From: an uncultured Methylococcaceae bacterium | Lineage (GTDB): Bacteria > Pseudomonadota > Gammaproteobacteria > Methylococcales > Methylococcaceae | Assembly (NCBI GenBank): GCA_903934875.1 | Contig: CAIZPP010000177.1 | Span: forward strand, 17,344 to 81,343 | DNA: 64,000 nt | Direction: 5' to 3' | Part shown: positions 48,536 through 60,355 of the stretch, in pieces | Layout of the letters: each line of letters starts with the position of its first letter | Position numbering within the stretch: position 1 is the first letter of the stretch | The notes under the pieces: generated by a model | Seen by the model: the letters and a program-made list of their open reading frames with translations, nothing else | Databases searched by the model: none | Told to the model about the DNA's origin: nothing | Program-made: the position numbers and the translations under genes

Positions 48536-49526
48536 GCCGGTTCCTCAGAAATTGAGCCACGGCTTTGTTGTGCTCAGCCAGCGTATTGGAAAAAACATGT
48601 CCGCCGTCACCACGCGCCACAAAATACAGGCTATCACCCGAGTCTGGATGCAGGGCGGACCGAATGGCATCAATCCCGGGCATGCTGATAGGTGTGGGAG
48701 GCAGGCCGGGGCGGACATAGGTGTTATAGGGTGTGTCGCGGCGCAGGTCGTCCCTGCTGATATTGCCCGCATAAGCATCACCCATGCCGTAAATCACCGC
48801 AGGGTCGGTCTGCAATAGCATTCCCTTCGCCAAGCGGCGGCTGAAAACCCCGGCGACCTTGTTGCGCTCCTCTGCCAAGGAAGTTTCCTTCTCCACAATC
48901 GAAGCCAGAATCAAACCCTCGTAAGGATTACGCAGCGGCAAACCCTGCGCCCTACCCTGCCATTCATCGGCCAGCACTGCCTGCATTTTTCGGTAGGCTT
49001 GTTTCAATAGTTCAATATCCACGCTTCCCTTGGAATAAATGTAAGTGTCCGGGAAGAACCGGCCTTCTGCCTGCTCGCCCGGGGCATCAATCATCCCCAT
49101 TATTTCGCTGGGCGACTTGCCATCAATTTGATGGACTAGGGCCGGTTGCCGGTTCATTGCCTCGGTCATTTGTTTGAATGTCCAACCTTCGACAAAGGTT
49201 AGGCTATAGCGGCGCACCTTGCCCAAGACGAATAAATCCAACAACTGCCGGGGGCTGGTATTGGCGGGGATATCATATTCGCCAAATTTTATCCTCTTTG
49301 AGGCATGTTCCGTCCATGCCATTAAACGAAACCATATTGGCCTGCCGAGCAAACCTTTGGTTTGCAAATCTTCGGCGATAGCCTTCAGACTTTGTCCTTT
49401 GCTGATTTCAAAATAGGCGGCTTCGCGATTGTGCAACGGCGAGTCCATGCTCAATCGGTAATCCACCCCTAAAAAGACCAAAATGACCACTGACGAAGCG
49501 GCTACGGCGGCGAAAAACCGTTTCAT
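48528..49526 (-). CDS. mltG: Endolytic murein transglycosylase MltG (YceG)
   Basis: N-terminal transmembrane helix; YceG-like domain. Confidence 0.85.
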   Translation of the reverse strand: MKRFFAAVAASSVVILVFLGVDYRLSMDSPLHNREAAYFEISKGQSLKAIAEDLQTKGLLGRPIWFRLMAWTEHASKRIKFGEYDIPANTSPRQLLDLFVLGKVRRYSLTFVEGWTFKQMTEAMNRQPALVHQIDGKSPSEIMGMIDAPGEQAEGRFFPDTYIYSKGSVDIELLKQAYRKMQAVLADEWQGRAQGLPLRNPYEGLILASIVEKETSLAEERNKVAGVFSRRLAKGMLLQTDPAVIYGMGDAYAGNISRDDLRRDTPYNTYVRPGLPPTPISMPGIDAIRSALHPDSGDSLYFVARGDGGHVFSNTLAEHNKAVAQFLRNRHE

Positions 49527-50410
49527 TTTGTCGCATCCCTGGCTAAACCTGCCTTCTGGGATTGAAGATCACGCGCAGCCATGCCATCAATCTGCCGGGT
49601 CAACAGCCGGGCTACCCTACCAGCCGGAAACTTCTTGCCACCCAAAAGACTGACTGGCCATATGCCAATGACCGAGTTAGTCAGAAATATTTCATCTGCG
49701 CCTAGCGCTTCTTCGGGGAGGATTCGAGCATGTTCAACTGCCAAGCCCAAATCCCTCGCACTGTCCAAAACCAAACCGCGCATTACGCCAGCCACTCCGC
49801 AACGATCCAGCAGCGGGGTGCGCAAGCCAGCATCCTGGACCAGAAACACATTGCTCATAACGCCTTCCACCAGAAAGCCTTCATGGTCCAACATCAAGCC
49901 CTCGCGTATATTCTCGTCGCGCCACTCCGCACGGGCAAGAACCTGCTCCAAGCGGTTCAAATGTTTGATGCCCGCAAGACTTGCATTAAGCCCTAAGCGA
50001 ATTTTGCAGAACCGCGCTTGCACCCCCGACTCCCTGATTGATTTTGGAAAATCTGGCTTGCCATGTGCGGACAGAATACGCGTACCCTTGCTTGGTTTAG
50101 GGGCTAGGTAGCCGCGCCCACCCACTCCCCGAGTCAGCATGATCTTGAGCACGCATTCAGGATGGGTGCAAGCGATCCGCAGGACTTCCTCCGTTAACAT
50201 TGCTTGGCAGGGAAAAGGGATATCCAGCCGCCTAGCATCGGCTTGCAAACGCGCAAGATGGCGGTCCAGAAATAGGGCAACACCTTCTTGAACGGAAAGC
50301 GTGGTAAAAACACCGTCTCCATATTGCAAGCCACGATCAGCAATATCCAGAAAACGCGTTGTCTCACCGTTGATTATCACAGTGGCCGAGCCTTCCGCAG
50401 TAACAGTCAT
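49523..50410 (-). CDS. pabC: Aminodeoxychorismate lyase (class IV aminotransferase fold)
   Basis: 295 aa; conserved pabC-mltG-tmk-holB synteny. Confidence 0.75.
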   Translation of the reverse strand: MTVTAEGSATVIINGETTRFLDIADRGLQYGDGVFTTLSVQEGVALFLDRHLARLQADARRLDIPFPCQAMLTEEVLRIACTHPECVLKIMLTRGVGGRGYLAPKPSKGTRILSAHGKPDFPKSIRESGVQARFCKIRLGLNASLAGIKHLNRLEQVLARAEWRDENIREGLMLDHEGFLVEGVMSNVFLVQDAGLRTPLLDRCGVAGVMRGLVLDSARDLGLAVEHARILPEEALGADEIFLTNSVIGIWPVSLLGGKKFPAGRVARLLTRQIDGMAARDLQSQKAGLARDATK

Positions 50411-50488
50411 GGTATAGTGGCTATGTCACCAGAAAATCTCGCAGTGCCCTATAGTATTACTATTCTTCTTTAGGGACACCCTGATATA

Positions 50489-51730
50489 CTACTTAAATTG
50501 CCTGAAAATCAAAGTGCCGTTGGTACCGCCAAAACCAAATGAGTTCGACATGACGACATTCAGTTTAGCCTGTCTGGCAGTATGGGGAACAAAATCCAAA
50601 TCGCATTCTGGGTCGGGATTATCTAGATTAATCGTCGGGGGAATAATTTGATCGCGCAATGCCTGCACGGAAAAGACAGCCTCAATTCCACCAGCAGCCC
50701 CCAGCATGTGCCCGGTCATAGATTTGGTTGAACTGACCGCCACTTTATAGGCTCCCTCGCCAAAGACCGTCTTGATTGCAAAGGTCTCGGCTTTATCTCC
50801 CGCTGGAGTCGAGGTGCCATGGGCATTGATGTAGTCTAGCTGCTCCGGCGTCAAGGACGCATCCTTTAAAGCATTAACCATGCATCTGGCCGCTCCCTCC
50901 CCATTCTCCATAGGAGAGGTCATATGATAGGCGTCGCTGCTCATGCCGTAACCGATCACTTCCGCATAAATATTCGCACCACGCCGTTTAGCATGTTCGA
51001 GTTCTTCCAGCACAAGCACCCCCGCACCGTCGCTTAGCACAAAGCCATCTCGGTCTTTGTCCCAAGGCCGGCTTGCCCGGGTCGGATCATCGTTCCTGCG
51101 GGATAAGGCACGGGCGGAGGCAAATCCAGCAAGCGAAGTGGTTGAAGTGGCCATTTCCGCACCACCGGCCAACATAACATCGGCATCCCCATACTGGATT
51201 AGCCTATAGGCATCGCCTATGCAGTGCGTTCCCGTGGCACAGGCGGTGACAATTGAATAATTAGGCCCTTTCAATCCATATTTAATGGAAAGGTTGCCGG
51301 AAATCATGTTGATGATATTGCTCGGGACAAAGAAAGGAGATATTTTCCTAGGCCCCCCCTTAAGAAAGGCATTGTGCCCTTGCTCAATCCCGTAGAGTCC
51401 CCCGATCCCCGAACCGACCACCACCCCGATGCGCCCAGAGTTTTCCTCGGTCACTTCAAGCCCGGCATCGGCAAAGGCTTGGCACCCTGCCGCTATGCCA
51501 TAATGGATGAAAATATCCATTTTTTTGGCTTCTTTTTCGGGAATGTAATCAGTGATATCAAAGCCTTTGACAGCACCACCAATGCGGGTGACAAAATTGG
51601 AAACATCGAACCGCTCTATCGGGCCAATTCCGCTTTTGCCGTTAATGATGCTGTTCCAAGAATCAGCAACATTATTGCCCACAGGGGAAAGCGCCCCCAT
51701 GCCTGTGATCACTACGCGTCTCTTACTCAA
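50489..51730 (-). CDS. fabF: 3-oxoacyl-ACP synthase II
   Basis: KAS II; active-site Cys (ACATG); HGTSTPAGD; 413 aa. Confidence 0.9.
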   Translation of the reverse strand: MSKRRVVITGMGALSPVGNNVADSWNSIINGKSGIGPIERFDVSNFVTRIGGAVKGFDITDYIPEKEAKKMDIFIHYGIAAGCQAFADAGLEVTEENSGRIGVVVGSGIGGLYGIEQGHNAFLKGGPRKISPFFVPSNIINMISGNLSIKYGLKGPNYSIVTACATGTHCIGDAYRLIQYGDADVMLAGGAEMATSTTSLAGFASARALSRRNDDPTRASRPWDKDRDGFVLSDGAGVLVLEELEHAKRRGANIYAEVIGYGMSSDAYHMTSPMENGEGAARCMVNALKDASLTPEQLDYINAHGTSTPAGDKAETFAIKTVFGEGAYKVAVSSTKSMTGHMLGAAGGIEAVFSVQALRDQIIPPTINLDNPDPECDLDFVPHTARQAKLNVVMSNSFGFGGTNGTLIFRQFK

Positions 51731-51825
51731 GATATTTCCTCAGGCAGACTGTTCGGTTCTGCTAAAAGAATAATGCCCCACGGAACCCGCTTTTCTTTGA
51801 ATTCCGTCGGGGCGTTCTGGATAAA

Positions 51826-52062
51826 TTACAGGTTCTTCTCGATATAATCGATAGCCCCTTGGACGGTAGTTATTTTCTCAGCGTCCTCATCTGGAATTTC
51901 GCATTCGAATTCTTCCTCCAATGCCATCACGAGTTCGACCGTATCCAAGGAATCAGCGCCTAGATCGTCTACGAATGAAGCCTCATTGGAAACCTCTTCG
52001 TCCTTTTTAACGCCTAACTGTTCAGCAACGATCTTTTTCACACGCTCTGCAATGTCACTCAT
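51826..52062 (-). CDS. acpP: Acyl carrier protein
   Basis: [19 protein letters not shown] phosphopantetheine site. Confidence 0.95.
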   Translation of the reverse strand: MSDIAERVKKIVAEQLGVKKDEEVSNEASFVDDLGADSLDTVELVMALEEEFECEIPDEDAEKITTVQGAIDYIEKNL

Positions 52063-52284
52063 CTTTTTGTATCCTCAAATGTTTAAGCTTTAAAGTTTCA
52101 GCCGGAAAATTTTAATTGGAATTCCAATAATTACAAGACTTGATTTAAGCCGGCCAACAGTTTTCTGGTTCCAAGGTGGCTTTAATTTTAACCACTGGAA
52201 ATTCTAAGCGGTGAACAATAACACGAACCACGTCCTTAGTGAACGGCTTGGCTAATTTTGACGGTAAATTCCAAGCGTTTCCCA

Positions 52285-53022
52285 TCAAGCCATGTACATG
52301 CCACCGTTCACATGCAAAGTCTCTCCGGTGATATAGCCACCGTCAGAAGAACACAGAAAGGCCACTGCACCGGCTATTTCCTCAGCTTGCCCCAAGCGTC
52401 CCAAAGGTATCTGCCCGACCAAAGCCTTTTTATGTTCATCTGTCAAAGAACGCGTCATATCGGTGTCAATAAAGCCTGGGGCCACCGCGTTGACGGTGAT
52501 ATTGCGGGAACCGAGTTCTTTCGCCAAAGACTTGGTAAAGCCGATTATGCCGGCCTTGGCCGCCGCATAATTAGCCTGGCCTGCGTTTCCGGTCGCCCCC
52601 ACCACGGAAGTGATGTTCACGATACGTCCAAAGCGCACTTTGATCATACCTTTCATGGCCGCCTTGGACAATCGGTAGATTGATGTCAAATTGGTTTGGA
52701 TGACTGCATCCCAATCTTCATCTTTCATCCGCATGAGCAGATTGTCACGGGTGATGCCGGCGTTGTTGACAAGGATAGTCGGCGTTCCAAACTCGTCAAC
52801 CACGCCCTTGATAAAGCTTTCCACCGAAGCCGCGTCGGCAACGTCCAGCACCTTGCCGGTTCCTTTCAGGCCGGCCTCGGCTATTGCCTTGCCAATCGCA
52901 TCAGCACCCGACCCGGTCGTAGCCGTGCCAATGACAAAGTGGCCTGCGGCGGCGAGGCGCATGGCGATAGCCCTACCGATGCCTCGGCTTGCCCCTGTTA
53001 CCAGTGTAATTTGACTGCTCAT
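52285..53022 (-). CDS. fabG: 3-oxoacyl-ACP reductase
   Basis: SDR fold, TGASRGIGRAIA NAD(P)-binding motif; 245 aa. Confidence 0.9.
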   Translation of the reverse strand: MSSQITLVTGASRGIGRAIAMRLAAAGHFVIGTATTGSGADAIGKAIAEAGLKGTGKVLDVADAASVESFIKGVVDEFGTPTILVNNAGITRDNLLMRMKDEDWDAVIQTNLTSIYRLSKAAMKGMIKVRFGRIVNITSVVGATGNAGQANYAAAKAGIIGFTKSLAKELGSRNITVNAVAPGFIDTDMTRSLTDEHKKALVGQIPLGRLGQAEEIAGAVAFLCSSDGGYITGETLHVNGGMYMA

Positions 53023-53969
53023 TTTACCATCTCCAGTGCCTTATTGAGAGAATCAGGATCGAAAATTGCCTCCACCCTGGCATCCGTCACGATCCGTTTA
53101 TTCAGACCGGCCAGTATTTTGCCCGGACCGCACTCGATGAAACGCCGGATGCCTTGGTCAAAGAGAAAACGGACAGTGTCCGACCAACGCACAGGGCTGT
53201 ATAACTGTTGCTCCAAAACGGAACGAATATCGCCAGGGGTCGCATGGCTCGCGACATCGACATTATGCACCACCGGGGTATTGAGTTCATGGAAAGGGGT
53301 TCTGGCCAAAGTCTCACGGAACTCGATTGCCGCGCCAAGCATCAACGGACAATGTGAGGGGACGCTAACCGGCAGAAGCAGCGCTTTTTTCGCGCCTACT
53401 TTCTTCGCAGCCTCAATGGCACGGGACACAGCGGTCGCGTGACCGGCGATCACAATCTGTCCGGATGAATTGAAATTGGCCGGGGCCACCACTTCTTCAT
53501 TGGTAGTAACTTCGCCGCAAACTGCAATTACCTTGCTATCGTCAAGGCCTAGAATGGCCGCCATCGCCCCCGTCCCCGGCTCCACGGCACCTTGCATTAG
53601 CCTGGCCCGTTCGGCGACTAGGCCCACGGCATCGCCGAAATCAATGGCCCCGGCACATACCAAAGCAGAAAACTCCCCCAAACTATGCCCCGCCATCCAT
53701 GCAGGCCTGACATTGGAAACCTTGCTCCATACTCGAAACGCCGCCACACCGGCCGCCAGCATAGCCGGTTGGGTATGTTCGGTGAGGTTTAATTGATTGA
53801 TCGGCCCCTCGGTGACTAGCCGCCACAAATCGTAACCCAGAACCTCGGAGGCGGCAGCAAAAATTTGCTCCACCTCGACATGGAGAGGGGCCAACTCCCG
53901 CATCATGCCTAAAGATTGCGATCCTTGCCCAGGAAAAATGAATGCTAAGCCATTATCTGTCTTGTTCAT
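53019..53969 (-). CDS. fabD: Malonyl CoA-ACP transacylase
   Basis: GHSLGE active site; 316 aa. Confidence 0.9.
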   Translation of the reverse strand: MNKTDNGLAFIFPGQGSQSLGMMRELAPLHVEVEQIFAAASEVLGYDLWRLVTEGPINQLNLTEHTQPAMLAAGVAAFRVWSKVSNVRPAWMAGHSLGEFSALVCAGAIDFGDAVGLVAERARLMQGAVEPGTGAMAAILGLDDSKVIAVCGEVTTNEEVVAPANFNSSGQIVIAGHATAVSRAIEAAKKVGAKKALLLPVSVPSHCPLMLGAAIEFRETLARTPFHELNTPVVHNVDVASHATPGDIRSVLEQQLYSPVRWSDTVRFLFDQGIRRFIECGPGKILAGLNKRIVTDARVEAIFDPDSLNKALEMVK

Positions 53970-53987
53970 GCAATGCGTACAGGTAAA

Positions 53988-54956
53988 TTAATATCGAACT
54001 AGCGCGGAACCCCAGGCAAACCCTCCGCCAAAGGCTTCCATCAGCACGGTATGCCCGCGCTGGATTCTTCCGTCGCGCACGGCCTCATTTAACGCCAGAG
54101 GGACGGAAGCGGATGACGTATTGCCCTGGGTCTCAATTGTGCAAACTACCCGTTCCATTGGCATTTTCAGTTTTTTCGCGGTCGCCGTGATGATGCGTAT
54201 ATTCGCTTGATGCGGCACCAACCAATCAATATCCGACTTTTCCAGATTGTTCGCCGCCAAGGTTTCATCCACAATCTTTCCCAAGGTATTAACGGCGATC
54301 TTGAAAACATCATTCCCTTGCATCTTGATGTAACGCTCCTCGTCTAAGTTGCCGGCCTTCTCGCGGGACGGATAGGGCAGATACAACAAATCCTTGTACT
54401 GGCCATCCGAACTGATATGGGTGCTCATAATCCCCGGCTCATCGGAAGCCTCCAGCACTACCGCACCGGCACCGTCGCCAAACAAAATGCACGTGGTCCT
54501 GTCCGACCAGTCAACGAGGCGGGAGTTGATTTCGCTGCCAACAACCAAAACGCGCCTCGCGTTACCCGCCCGGATGTATTGATCGGCGACACTGAGCGCG
54601 AAAATGAAACCCGAACAGGCCGCCTGCACATCAAACGAGGCACAGTTTCTGATATTGAGTCTCTGTTGTAATAGGCAGGCAGCGCTGGGGAAAACCCTAT
54701 CGGGAGAACTAGTGGCGAGGACGATCAGGTCAATGTCGTCTGCCCCCCATCCAGAAGCCACAATGGCCCGCCTGCTGGCAATCTCAGCCATGCTTGAAGC
54801 CGTTTCATGGGGAGCGGCGATATGCCTGGAATAAATCCCCGTCCGCTCAAGTATCCACTCGTTCGATGTGGCTACCATTCGGGCTATGTCGTCATTGGTT
54901 CGCACGGTTTCAGGCAGATAGCCGCCCGTTCCGGCGATACGGGAATATCGACTCAC
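53988..54956 (-). CDS. fabH: 3-oxoacyl-ACP synthase III
   Basis: KAS III; 322 aa. Confidence 0.9.
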   Translation of the reverse strand: MSRYSRIAGTGGYLPETVRTNDDIARMVATSNEWILERTGIYSRHIAAPHETASSMAEIASRRAIVASGWGADDIDLIVLATSSPDRVFPSAACLLQQRLNIRNCASFDVQAACSGFIFALSVADQYIRAGNARRVLVVGSEINSRLVDWSDRTTCILFGDGAGAVVLEASDEPGIMSTHISSDGQYKDLLYLPYPSREKAGNLDEERYIKMQGNDVFKIAVNTLGKIVDETLAANNLEKSDIDWLVPHQANIRIITATAKKLKMPMERVVCTIETQGNTSSASVPLALNEAVRDGRIQRGHTVLMEAFGGGFAWGSALVRY

Positions 54957-55978
54957 GCAGATTTCCTTTCTTCTATCAATTCGGAAACTCTTTGTCCAAT
55001 TTTATCGGGCACGCCATTTTCAATCTCCAAAACGGCTATTTCGATGGCTTTGGCAAACGCGATGCGATCAGCGTTGCCGTGGCTTTTCACGACTATCCCG
55101 CGCAAACCCACTAAGCTGGCACCATTGTACTGCCTAGGATCGAAACGATTTCTGAATGAGCGAAGCACAGGCAAAGCGATAATGCCCGCTATCTTAGTCA
55201 GCACGTTCGCAGAAAAAGCCTGCTTCAGAGCTATCCTGATCATTTTTGCCAATCCTTCGCTACTCTTCAGCGCCACATTCCCAATAAAGCCATCCGTGAC
55301 GACAATGTCCACGTCACCGGTGTAAATATCGTTACCCTCCACGAAGCCGATGAAATTAATGTGGGAGTCCGCAATCAATTTCACTGCCTGCTTGACCTGC
55401 TCGTTCCCCTTGATTTCTTCCTCGCCTATGTTCAGAAGGCCGACCTTAGGGTTAGGAATGTTTTCCACCGCCTTGACCAGTTCGTAACCCATTATCGCGA
55501 ACTGGAGCAGATGCTCCGCGCTGCAATCAACATTGGCCCCCAAATCCAGCACATGGGTATGCCCTTGGAGCGAAGGGACGACACCGATGATCGCCGGCCG
55601 GTCTATGCCAGGGATGGTTTTCAGCACGAACTTAGAGATAGCCATCAATGCCCCTGTATTGCCAGCGCTGACGCAAGCACCGGCTGTGCCGTCCTTGACC
55701 AGATTGATAGCCACTCTCATTGATGAGTCCTTTTTGTTCCGCAAAGCCTTGGAAGGGGAATCGTGCATTTCCACCAATTCTGAGGCATGGCGGATGCTGA
55801 GGCGCTTACCCAAATGGGACGAACCAGCCACGGCCGCCTTCAATACCACCTCGTCCCCTACTAGGATCAAGTTTAACTTCGGATTGCGGTCCAGACTATC
55901 CAGCGCTGCCGGAACCACAACCGTGGGACCGTAGTCACCGCCCATGGCATCAAGGGCTATTGTGGGATGGTCATACAT
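54953..55978 (-). CDS. plsX: Phosphate acyltransferase PlsX
   Basis: 341 aa; conserved rpmF-plsX-fabHDG order. Confidence 0.9.
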   Translation of the reverse strand: MYDHPTIALDAMGGDYGPTVVVPAALDSLDRNPKLNLILVGDEVVLKAAVAGSSHLGKRLSIRHASELVEMHDSPSKALRNKKDSSMRVAINLVKDGTAGACVSAGNTGALMAISKFVLKTIPGIDRPAIIGVVPSLQGHTHVLDLGANVDCSAEHLLQFAIMGYELVKAVENIPNPKVGLLNIGEEEIKGNEQVKQAVKLIADSHINFIGFVEGNDIYTGDVDIVVTDGFIGNVALKSSEGLAKMIRIALKQAFSANVLTKIAGIIALPVLRSFRNRFDPRQYNGASLVGLRGIVVKSHGNADRIAFAKAIEIAVLEIENGVPDKIGQRVSELIEERKSA

Positions 55979-56093
55979 TGGGCAAATCGCTCGCTAACCG
56001 GACTTTTTTCTGGCATTTGACTTGGACTTTGTTCTGATCCCCGCATTTGGCGGGGTGAAGCAATAGGCTGGGGAGAAACTAACAAGGATGAAA

Positions 56094-56288
56094 TTAATCT
56101 TCCTTTTCAAGATCTGCCTTGGATACGATGACTTTGCGTCCCCGGTAAAAGCCATCGGGGCTGACGTGATGGCGCAGATGGGTTTCACCCGTGTTGGGTT
56201 CTATGGAAAGCGCCTTTGCGGTCAATGCATCGTGGGCGCGGCGCATACCCCGTTTTGAACGGGTTTTTCGATTTTGTTGTACTGCCAT
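56094..56288 (-). CDS. rpmF: 50S ribosomal protein L32
   Basis: [22 protein letters not shown]. Confidence 0.95.
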   Translation of the reverse strand: MAVQQNRKTRSKRGMRRAHDALTAKALSIEPNTGETHLRHHVSPDGFYRGRKVIVSKADLEKED

Positions 56289-56310
56289 GGAATCAATCCT
56301 CGTAAATTCA

Positions 56311-56811
56311 TTATTTCTTTAATTCGGCCAAAACCGCAAAAGGATTAGGCCGCTTCGGTGTGTCAGGCATCTTCGCCACTTCCTTTGGCGCAGATGCCTT
56401 ACACTGCCCGTGCTGTGGTATAGAGGGAATCGCAAGCAGCAATTCCTCTTGGATTATGTCGGTCAGAAGTATGGTTTCCTCTTCCAGCAACAACGGCTCG
56501 TAGGACTCGGGAAGCAGATCGGCTTCATCAATCGAACCGACCAGAGCCAATTTAACCTGACTGTCCACCGGCCAGGCGATTGGCCCCAGGCAACACTGGC
56601 ATTGCAACTCCAGATATGCCTCCACGCTACCCGTTACCGCCGAAAGCTTGCCGTCTTTCCCAAACCTCAACTCAAACCGCACCAACCCCTCCGGGTTAAG
56701 CAGCACATCCTGCAAACGGACCAGTTGGGATAAAGGCAATGACCCTTTAAACTGACGGCGTTTCTCCGCCAATGCCAAAGGGTCTATTCGCTCGGGCAAA
56801 TGTTCGACCAT
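56311..56811 (-). CDS. yceD: YceD-family (DUF177) large-subunit accumulation protein
   Basis: ...[10 protein letters not shown]... Cys motif; start at the internal Met. Confidence 0.75.
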   Translation of the reverse strand: MVEHLPERIDPLALAEKRRQFKGSLPLSQLVRLQDVLLNPEGLVRFELRFGKDGKLSAVTGSVEAYLELQCQCCLGPIAWPVDSQVKLALVGSIDEADLLPESYEPLLLEEETILLTDIIQEELLLAIPSIPQHGQCKASAPKEVAKMPDTPKRPNPFAVLAELKK

Positions 56812-56880
56812 AATCGGAGAATGATACCGACAAACCATCAAAACTGTCAAAAATATCTTAATACACAAACGGACGATACC

Positions 56881-57483
56881 ATGAACACCCGCCCATCCTC
56901 ACCCATTCGCCTGGTTCTTGCGTCAAGTTCGCCCTACCGGCGGGAATTGCTTGCCAAACTCGGCATCCCTTTCGAGACCGCCACGCCCGACATTGACGAA
57001 ACGGCATTGGCAGGCGAAACCCCGGCCCAATTGTCCATGCGCTTAGCCGAAGAAAAAGCCCGGGCCTTACGGCTACGGTTCCCCGCGCATCTAATCATTG
57101 GCTCCGACCAAGTCGCCATGCTGGATGGGTTCCAACTCGGCAAGCCCGGCGACCATGCGCGGGCGGTGGCCCAGTTGCGCGCCGCATCAGGCAAGGCGGT
57201 TGAGTTTTTTACCAGCGTTTGCGTGGTGGACTCGGCAACTGGCCGGACTGCCTCCGCCACGGACCGGACTGTCGCACATTTCCGCCCGTTGACCGACCAG
57301 CAAATCGAGTTTTATGTGGCTAAAGAACGCCCCTTGGATTGCGCCGGCGGGTTCAAATCAGAAAGCTTGGGCATCGCATTGCTAGCCAAGCTGGAGACAG
57401 CAGACCCCAATGCATTGGTCGGCCTGCCCCTGATTAAATTGGTTGGGTTGCTGGAAAGCCTGGGCATGGAGATTTTGGGCTAG
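56881..57483 (+). CDS. maf: Maf-like nucleoside triphosphate pyrophosphatase
   Basis: LVLASSSPYRRELL... Maf consensus; start at the internal Met. Confidence 0.8.
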   Translation: MNTRPSSPIRLVLASSSPYRRELLAKLGIPFETATPDIDETALAGETPAQLSMRLAEEKARALRLRFPAHLIIGSDQVAMLDGFQLGKPGDHARAVAQLRAASGKAVEFFTSVCVVDSATGRTASATDRTVAHFRPLTDQQIEFYVAKERPLDCAGGFKSESLGIALLAKLETADPNALVGLPLIKLVGLLESLGMEILG

Positions 57484-57496
57484 GGATATACAGCGT

Positions 57497-58141
57497 TTAG
57501 CGGTAATAGTAACCTAGCACCCGATCCACATAGTTTTGCGTTTCGGTGATCGGTGGAACCTGATTGCCGAACTTTTTGACCGTGTGTTCGCCGGAATTGT
57601 AGGCCGCCACCGCCAATTTTACATTGGACGGGAACATGACGAGTAGGTCGCTCAGATAACGCGCGCCGCCCTCAATATTTTCTTGCGGGTCGAAACGGTC
57701 GCGGACACCGTAGCGGCTTGCCGTCGCCGGCATGAGTTGCATCAATCCGGCAGCGCCTTTGTTGGAAACCGCCCCGGGGTTATAACCTGACTCGGCGCGT
57801 ATGACCGCGTGCAATAGGGCTGGATCAAGGCTGTACTTGTTTGCCGCCGCATCAATCAGAGGGGCGAATTCTTCCTGCCTTTGCGCGTGCAAAGCGCTTA
57901 GCTGGGGCCTGGGCCTTTCCCCGCGGCCCTTGCCCACGAAACGCGTCACCCCGGCGTTGTTGCTGACATAAGAAAGCACCGGCGCACTGTGCAAAATCAA
58001 CTTGTAGCCCGAATGCTTGGGTTTGTCGGTATAAAAAACATGGCCTGAGGCATCAACAAATTTAAAAACGTCGGCTTTGGCCTCGCTAAATAGCATAGTG
58101 GCAAACAGGGCGACTACAAACGGCACAAAGAATCTCGTCAT
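57497..58141 (-). CDS. Lytic transglycosylase (DUF4124 N-terminus plus SLT domain)
   Basis: AESGYNPGAVSNKGAAGLMQLMP SLT motif; signal peptide. Confidence 0.75.
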   Translation of the reverse strand: MTRFFVPFVVALFATMLFSEAKADVFKFVDASGHVFYTDKPKHSGYKLILHSAPVLSYVSNNAGVTRFVGKGRGERPRPQLSALHAQRQEEFAPLIDAAANKYSLDPALLHAVIRAESGYNPGAVSNKGAAGLMQLMPATASRYGVRDRFDPQENIEGGARYLSDLLVMFPSNVKLAVAAYNSGEHTVKKFGNQVPPITETQNYVDRVLGYYYR

Positions 58142-58217
58142 AGCTCTTTTCCATTTTCTACATCATGGCGGGAAAGTGTCACACAAAACTGGAACTTTGC
58201 AAAATGAATCGCGCAAT

Positions 58218-59402
58218 TTAAGAAGGCGGCTTGCGTCCATGGACCAACTTCTTGGCAAACTCTTGGTAAGCCACGTCTTCCAGCGGAGGATGGATAAGCC
58301 CCGCCCGCGCATCGCGAAACGCCCTTTCCAACACGCCACGCAAAAAACCCGGGCCTCCGGCGATGCGCAAAGCATGGTCGGTGGCGAAAACCGCCGCCTC
58401 GGTCACTTTCAACTTCGCTAGTGCAATATCAGGCAGGCATTCTTCGCGCCCTGCCCCACTGCCTGCATTCTCCCACCGGCGGGCGACCTCCAACAGCAAC
58501 AGGCGGGCTGCCCGCAGTTCCGCATCCAGCTTACCCAATCGAATCCGCACAGCGGGTATGTCGGCGACTGCCGTCGTGCCATCTACGGGTTTGCGCTGGA
58601 CCGCCCAGTGCACCAGAGCACTCCGTGCGCCTTCGCCCACCCCCAGATACACCGCCGCCACACACAGGCCAAACCAAGCCAGCGCTGATGCCCGGCGCGG
58701 GTCGTCCGCCCCGGCCAAACTGCTTGTGATAAGCCGGTCGCCCTCCACACAGACATCCTGCAAACGAAGCAGCCCCGAGGCTGATGCCCTCATGCCCAAG
58801 CCGTCGAAGGCAGGCAAGCATTCAACGCCTTGCCGGGAAAGGTCCAGCAAAAAGGTTCCAATTCTGAGGGATTTCTCGGCGCCATTGGCCTGCGAATCAA
58901 TGATCCTCGCTGTTACCACCGCATAGCGCAAGGCAGGGAGCCAAGTGGTCCATCTTTTTTCGCCGTTGATGACCCAGTTTAAACCGTGCCGCCTGGCTGT
59001 CACCCACGGAATGGCACCCCGCGCAGGACTGCCGCCGCGTTCCTCGGTGGCCGCGAGATTGATCAATGCACCTTGTTCGCAAACGGACGAAAAAACCTCA
59101 TCCAGAAGTGTATGCGGCCATGCCCCCGACTCCAGCGCGGCGCCCAGAGTATGGTAATGCATGGCCAGACCCAGCCCCGCCGAACCGTCAACAGCCCCAA
59201 GCTCAGCCAATACCCGCACCGCATCAGTCAGCCGCCCGCCCAAACCTCCGGCATCCACGGGCACGGGAAGCCGGTGCAAACCGGCCCGGACCAAGGCGGC
59301 GGGGATGGAAGGGTAAAACGAATCCTCGCCCGCCAATGGACGCAACAGTTCCAGACCTTCCGCCAGGGCTTCCGCTATTTTGGGTGGCAATGAGTCGTTC
59401 AT
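58218..59402 (-). CDS. Acyl-CoA dehydrogenase family protein
   Basis: 394 aa with an ACAD-like middle domain (TEERGGS) and an all-alpha C-terminal domain. Confidence 0.55.
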   Translation of the reverse strand: MNDSLPPKIAEALAEGLELLRPLAGEDSFYPSIPAALVRAGLHRLPVPVDAGGLGGRLTDAVRVLAELGAVDGSAGLGLAMHYHTLGAALESGAWPHTLLDEVFSSVCEQGALINLAATEERGGSPARGAIPWVTARRHGLNWVINGEKRWTTWLPALRYAVVTARIIDSQANGAEKSLRIGTFLLDLSRQGVECLPAFDGLGMRASASGLLRLQDVCVEGDRLITSSLAGADDPRRASALAWFGLCVAAVYLGVGEGARSALVHWAVQRKPVDGTTAVADIPAVRIRLGKLDAELRAARLLLLEVARRWENAGSGAGREECLPDIALAKLKVTEAAVFATDHALRIAGGPGFLRGVLERAFRDARAGLIHPPLEDVAYQEFAKKLVHGRKPPS

Positions 59403-59833
59403 TTTAATTTAGGTATATTTTAAAGATGAAAACACTGTACATGAAGATTTTACCATGCTTAACACATACCCTGCTCAAGAGGAATCATGTCTACTATTCC
59501 AGCCTGCCCATCAAACCGCCCAAGATGGGCACGGCCTAGTGGCCTTTGCCCATCCTACCAATGAGCTGTTTTTAGAGTGATACGGGAGTAAGACTGCAAA
59601 CAAAAGAGGATACTGAATTAAGAAAAATCAAGGGCAGGGATCGAATATCGGCGATGGCCGAAGTTGCGGGGGATCGTCATGATTTAAGGGAACAGCAGCA
59701 GTCCGAGGTATTGCTGACGTTCATTTCGCTGATTTAGGCCATTAGCAAATGGCAAGAATTGGCCGCAGTTCTGCTATAGGTCGAGGCATAATTCCCAAAC
59801 ATGTAATCCTATCCTGAGAGGAATAGGTGCGAT

Positions 59834-60355
59834 TTAAGCCCAAGAATCTTGGTTCTTAGGCAGAGCGCCAGCCGGGTCATGAACCTCGCCCCTGTCGGTA
59901 ACCTCCAACAGATCAGGGTACAAAACGAGGTTGATGCCGTTTGGGGATATGCTGGATGGGAACAATATGCCTTTGGCCCCACCCGCTATCGCCTCATCCG
60001 CGAGTACCCAACTCGGGGGTTCAATGCCTTGGTTGAACCAAAGTTCGCGCCATTCGCAAAAGAAATCCTCCCAAAGTGCCGACCATTTCCCAGACTGGTA
60101 ACCCTGACGAAAATCCACAACTGGCGATAGAGTCAGGCAATAGCTCACCAGCGTTCCCGGCGGCAGCAATGTGGAAACCTGCTTGTATTCTTTTATCGCC
60201 GTGTCAATGTCCAATGCCAAATACAAAGCTGCGGTGCCCGGGCGATTGGCCCGCCCCCCATGAGCGGCTGCCCCAGCACCGCTTGCAGGCATTACCGCCC
60301 ATTTGGGCGTATGCATCCGATAGGCGGTAACTTTTTCGAGCGAAGTCAGAATCAT
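59834..60355 (-). CDS. RES-domain toxin (NAD+ phosphorylase/ADP-ribosyltransferase family)
   Basis: RES-domain layout; ATGA overlap with the upstream Xre-type antitoxin. Confidence 0.65.
   Translation of the reverse strand: MILTSLEKVTAYRMHTPKWAVMPASGAGAAAHGGRANRPGTAALYLALDIDTAIKEYKQVSTLLPPGTLVSYCLTLSPVVDFRQGYQSGKWSALWEDFFCEWRELWFNQGIEPPSWVLADEAIAGGAKGILFPSSISPNGINLVLYPDLLEVTDRGEVHDPAGALPKNQDSWA

Noticed and set aside
51731-51825. Possible acpP-fabF intergenic stem-loop (terminator or attenuator)
   Set aside because: The stem is imperfect (ccccgacgg/ccgtgggg) and support is weak; it is plausible by analogy with E. coli but not demonstrable by eye.
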